Assembly (NCBI GenBank): GCA_963799775.1
Contig: CAWCYD010000003.1
Span: 960,001 to 1,024,000 of the forward strand
Direction of reading: 5' to 3'
DNA from: an uncultured archaeon
GTDB lineage: Archaea; Thermoproteota; Nitrososphaeria; Nitrososphaerales; Gagatemarchaeaceae
DNA length: 64,000 bases
Below, one piece after another: positions 60,525-64,000 of this stretch. A program made the position numbers and the translations under genes. The notes under the pieces are model-generated. The model was given only the letters and a program-made list of their open reading frames with translations. It was not told the DNA's origin and ran no database searches. Position 1 is the first letter of the stretch. Each line of letters begins with the position of its first letter.

Positions 60525-60968
60525 ATGCACTTCGACGGGTCATTCGAGTTCCCTACAGAGAGGCAGAAGGTCTACGATTTCGTGACAGAGCCGATGAAGG
60601 TCACGTCCATCTTCCCGGACGTGCAGGACGTCAAGGTGATCGACGCGAACAATTTCTCGCTAAAGGCGAAGGTGGGGATATCGTTCATCAGAGGGATGAT
60701 GGACGTCAAGATGGCGATAACGGAGAGGAACCCGCCGAACTCCGTCAAGATGCACGCGAAGGGCAACGGCCTCAGCAGCTCCGTCGAGCTGGACACCTCG
60801 TTCACGACGGAGGATTCCCCCACAGGGAAGGGAACGGTGGTAAAGTGGGCAGCGGACGCCAAGATAGCCGGCCTGATGGCGAGCGTCGGCTCAAGGCTGA
60901 TGGACGCCGCCGCTCAAAAGTACGTGACCGAGATCATCGCGTCGCTGAAGGAAAAGCTCTCAGCCTAG
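60525..60968 (+). CDS. coxG: CoxG/SRPBCC family protein
   Basis: MHFDGSFEF..KVYDFVTEP; IAGLMASVGSRLM. Confidence 0.85.
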   Translation: MHFDGSFEFPTERQKVYDFVTEPMKVTSIFPDVQDVKVIDANNFSLKAKVGISFIRGMMDVKMAITERNPPNSVKMHAKGNGLSSSVELDTSFTTEDSPTGKGTVVKWAADAKIAGLMASVGSRLMDAAAQKYVTEIIASLKEKLSA

Positions 60969-63391
60969 GCGGCCCCGCGGACCATCAAGGACTTGACGTA
61001 GTCCGGCGAGGCCGGCATCCTGTCCACGACCACGTGAAAGTCCGAGAGCGCATCCTCGACGGCGTTCATTATCGTGGGGGTCGCGGCGATCGTCCCCGCC
61101 TCGCCCAGCCCTTTGACGCCGAGGAGGTTCGCGGAGGTGGGCGTCTCGGTCCTGTCCAGGACCATCTCGGGGAACATGTCGGCAGACGGGATGAGGTAGT
61201 CGGAGAAGGTCGTGGTGAGCGGCTGACCGTCCTCGTTGAACTCCACCCTCTCTGTCAATGCCTGCCCGATACCCTGGACGATGCCCCCGTGGAGCTGCCC
61301 CTCGACGATGAGGGGGTTGATCACCTTGGCACCGTCGTCGACCGCGAAATACTTCAGAACCTTGACCAGTCCCGAGCCCCGGTCGACCTCGACGAGCGCC
61401 ACGTGGGTGCCGAAGGGGTATGCGTTGTTCTTCGGCACGTAGACGCTGTAAGCGAAGAGGGTGGGCTCCATCCCCGGCGGGATGCCCCACGTCCCATAGG
61501 CGGCGCTCGCGACGTCGGCGAACTTTAGCTTCTTCGAGGGCTGGTCCTCTCTGTAGATCGTCCCCTTGCTGAAGACCATCCCCGAGCCTGAGCGGGACTT
61601 CATCTGGTAGGAGGCGATGACCGACATCTTCTCCCGTATCTTGCGCGCGCAGACGAGGGCCGCACTCCCAGAGAGCGCGGCAGACCTGCTCCCCGCTGTG
61701 AGGCTGCTCCACGGCAGCATCGCGGTGTCCCCGTCCTGGATCGCCACGTCGTCGATGGAGACCCCGAGCTCGTCTGCTACCACCTGTGCGAAAGCCGTCG
61801 CGTGGCCTTGGCCGTGGGAGTGACCCCCGAGGTTCACCAGGACACGCCCTTCTTCGGTGACGGTCATCGAGGCGGCCTGAGGCCAATCCGGGCCGAAGGA
61901 GGAGACCTCGATCCATGTGGCCAGCCCTATGCCCACGAGCCTCCCTTCCGCCCTTGCTCGGGCTCGCTCTCTCACGAGGCCGTCGTAGCCTGAGAGCTTG
62001 AGCGCCTTCGCAAGGTTCGCGCCGTAGTCCCCGCTGTCATAATCATGGTCGCCCGCGCTGTGATACGGGAACCTGTCCTTCGGGATGTAGTTGAGCCGCC
62101 TCACCTTGACCGGGTCGAGCTTCATTTTAGAGGACGCGATGTTGATCGCGCGCTCGATGAGATAAGATGCCTCGGGCCTTCCAGCCCCGCGATAGGCCCC
62201 CTGCGGGACCTTGTTGGTGATCACGACGTCCGCCTCGGCCTTGTAGTTTCGGATGTCGTAGACACCGGGGCACATCTTCAGCGTTATCTCGGCAAGTGCT
62301 GCCTCGCCGCCGTAGGCCCCGCCGTCCTGTATCAACCTGACCTTAAGTCCAAGGATCTTGCCCTCCCTCGAGAGCGCGAGCTCGGCGAACTGCACCTGGC
62401 CTCTCCCTTGCTTCATGGTGACCAGGTTCTCCCTCCTCGACTCCGTCCACTTCACCGGGCGCTTCGTGACCATCGCCGCGTAGCATACGACAGGGTCTTC
62501 CGTGTAGATGCCCGCCTTGCCACCAAAGGCTCCGCCGACGTCGGGTGCGATGAGCCTGACCTTGTCCCTTGGGACGGAGAGGTTGTCTGCGAGCTCGTCT
62601 CTCGCGCCGTGGGGGTCCTGCGTGGAGAGATAGACGGTCAAGACTCCCGTCCCCTCGTCGAACTGGGCCACGATGCCCCTTGGCTCCATCGGAGCGGGAG
62701 AGAGACGCTGGTTGTAGAGCTTGACCTTCACGACCTCGTCGGCCCTCTTGAACGCCTTGTCGACGTCCCCTGCCTCGAATGAGACGTGAGAGGCGACGTT
62801 GCTCTCGAGGTAGTCATGGACCTTGAGAGACCTGGGGCTGATCGCCTTCTCCGGATCAACGACGGCTGGCAGGGGTTCGTAGTCTACCTGGACGAGCTCT
62901 GCCCCGTCCTCTGCCGCGTAGGCGTCCTCCGCCACGACGACCGCGACCGCCTCGCCTACAAAGTTCACCGTGTCCGTGGCCAGCACCTTCCACGTCGTCC
63001 CTGCGGTGTTGGCGCCCCATTCGCCTTCCTCCCCTTCACCCGCCGGTTCGAGGAGGGGTTTGACTTTGCCCTCGAGGTCGGCTCCGGTCAATATCGCAGC
63101 GACGCCCGGGCTGCTCGCTGCCTGAGAGGTGTCCACCTTGAGGACCCGGGCGTGGGCGTGGGGGCTCCTCACGAAGACGGCGCTCAGCATTCCGGGGAGC
63201 TTGATGTCGTCTGCGTATCTCGCCTTGCCTGTGAGGAACTTCCTGTCCTCGACCCTCTTGATGGGCGCGCCGAAGAGGAGGGCAGGCTTGACCGCGACCT
63301 TCGTCGCGGCCCTTTGCCCTCTTGGCCTCCTCGACATGACGGTCCCGCTGGCTTGATGGCTATGAAAGTCTTGTTTCGGAGCCCCGCTCAC
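60965..63391 (-). CDS. Xanthine oxidase family molybdopterin large subunit (form II CoxL-like)
   Basis: RVEDRKFLTG, VGGAFGGK, AYRGAGRPE, GQGH, GVKGLGEAG. Confidence 0.92.
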   Translation of the reverse strand: MSGAPKQDFHSHQASGTVMSRRPRGQRAATKVAVKPALLFGAPIKRVEDRKFLTGKARYADDIKLPGMLSAVFVRSPHAHARVLKVDTSQAASSPGVAAILTGADLEGKVKPLLEPAGEGEEGEWGANTAGTTWKVLATDTVNFVGEAVAVVVAEDAYAAEDGAELVQVDYEPLPAVVDPEKAISPRSLKVHDYLESNVASHVSFEAGDVDKAFKRADEVVKVKLYNQRLSPAPMEPRGIVAQFDEGTGVLTVYLSTQDPHGARDELADNLSVPRDKVRLIAPDVGGAFGGKAGIYTEDPVVCYAAMVTKRPVKWTESRRENLVTMKQGRGQVQFAELALSREGKILGLKVRLIQDGGAYGGEAALAEITLKMCPGVYDIRNYKAEADVVITNKVPQGAYRGAGRPEASYLIERAINIASSKMKLDPVKVRRLNYIPKDRFPYHSAGDHDYDSGDYGANLAKALKLSGYDGLVRERARARAEGRLVGIGLATWIEVSSFGPDWPQAASMTVTEEGRVLVNLGGHSHGQGHATAFAQVVADELGVSIDDVAIQDGDTAMLPWSSLTAGSRSAALSGSAALVCARKIREKMSVIASYQMKSRSGSGMVFSKGTIYREDQPSKKLKFADVASAAYGTWGIPPGMEPTLFAYSVYVPKNNAYPFGTHVALVEVDRGSGLVKVLKYFAVDDGAKVINPLIVEGQLHGGIVQGIGQALTERVEFNEDGQPLTTTFSDYLIPSADMFPEMVLDRTETPTSANLLGVKGLGEAGTIAATPTIMNAVEDALSDFHVVVDRMPASPDYVKSLMVRGAA

Positions 63392-64000
63392 TGCGCGGCC
63401 CTTTGGTGGGTCGCCGTCCTCTCCTCTCCCATGGAGACGATGCTCACGCTCACCTTCATCTCCTCCTCGAGGTACTCTACGAACTTCTCGACCGGTCTGT
63501 GGAGGCGCGCCGTCGTGAGCTCGGCGCCGAACAGGGGAGGGAGGTCCATGTAGACGGGCTTCACAGAGTCGAGCTCAGGGAGCGCACGCGAGAACTCGGC
63601 GGTCTCCCTCCCGTTGACGTTGTAATGGGTGCAGACCTTGAACTCCTTGAGCTTCGTGAGGATGTCGAGCTTTGTGAGCGCGAGGGTCGAGACGCCGTTC
63701 ATCTTCACGGCGTATTTGAGGGCGACGAGGTCGAGCCATCCGACCCGCCTGGGCCTCCCCGTCGTCGCGCCGTACTCTCTGCCCGTCTCTCTGATGAGCG
63801 TCTCGAGCTTGCCGTGGATCTCTGTCGGGAACGGGCCTCCGCCGACGCGCGTCGCGTAGGCCTTTGCGACTCCCATCACGTCTCCTAGGGAGGTGACCGG
63901 GATGCCGAGGCTGGCTGGGGCGTAGCTTGCGAGGGTGTGGTGCCCTGTCACGTACGGGTAGTGCCCCGTGGATTAGGTCGAGCAGGACGCCCTGGGCCCC
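63388..64000 (-). CDS. purA: Adenylosuccinate synthetase (partial, frameshift near 63970)
   Basis: KAYATRVGGGPFPTE, EYGATTGRPRRVGW, TKLD. Confidence 0.95.

Noticed and set aside
1-64000. Many long antisense/overlapping ORFs; tRNA, rRNA or CRISPR loci
   Set aside because: Shadow ORFs are expected with high GC3; I recognised no tRNA, rRNA or CRISPR array by eye

Overview
GC-rich archaeal chromosome segment, most consistent with a non-ammonia-oxidising Nitrososphaerota (Thaumarchaeota) lineage. This is inferred from the archaeal ribosomal/RNAP superoperon, GHVDSGK-type aIF5B, PEF-CTERM-like proteins and a canonical ftsZ. 1-23.5 kb is accessory and envelope DNA: cupredoxins, a two-gene S-layer-like operon, secreted phosphoesterases, an NHL beta-propeller, a toxin-antitoxin-rich island and a complete IS with TIRs and a 9-bp TSD. 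23.6-53.3 kb is the conserved minus-strand superoperon (rps13 through rps27ae, with rpoD/N/E', eno, mvk-ipk-idsA, gltX, ndk, aIF5B, aIF2gamma), interrupted by several insertions. The window ends with tnpB, glmS, dys, coxG/coxL-like genes and partial purA. Many essential genes carry single-base frameshifts, which I read as sequencing indels. Top candidates for novelty: (1) an intact IS6-family transposase derivative lacking all three catalytic residues, head-to-head with ftsZ across an intergenic region with four TAAGTTA boxes (possible domesticated cell-division regulator); (2) inteins at the same P-loop site in both aIF5B and aIF2gamma, with aIF2gamma flanks resembling aIF5B; (3) an orphan TnpB omegaRNA/right-end copy at the glmS 3' end; (4) a TA island bracketed by a duplicated gene 3' end; (5) a free-standing LAGLIDADG gene splitting rps28e from rpl24e; (6) a 23-nt motif shared by the 3' ends of the S-layer operon and ftsZ. 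All family assignments are by-eye motif recognition; no searches were run.
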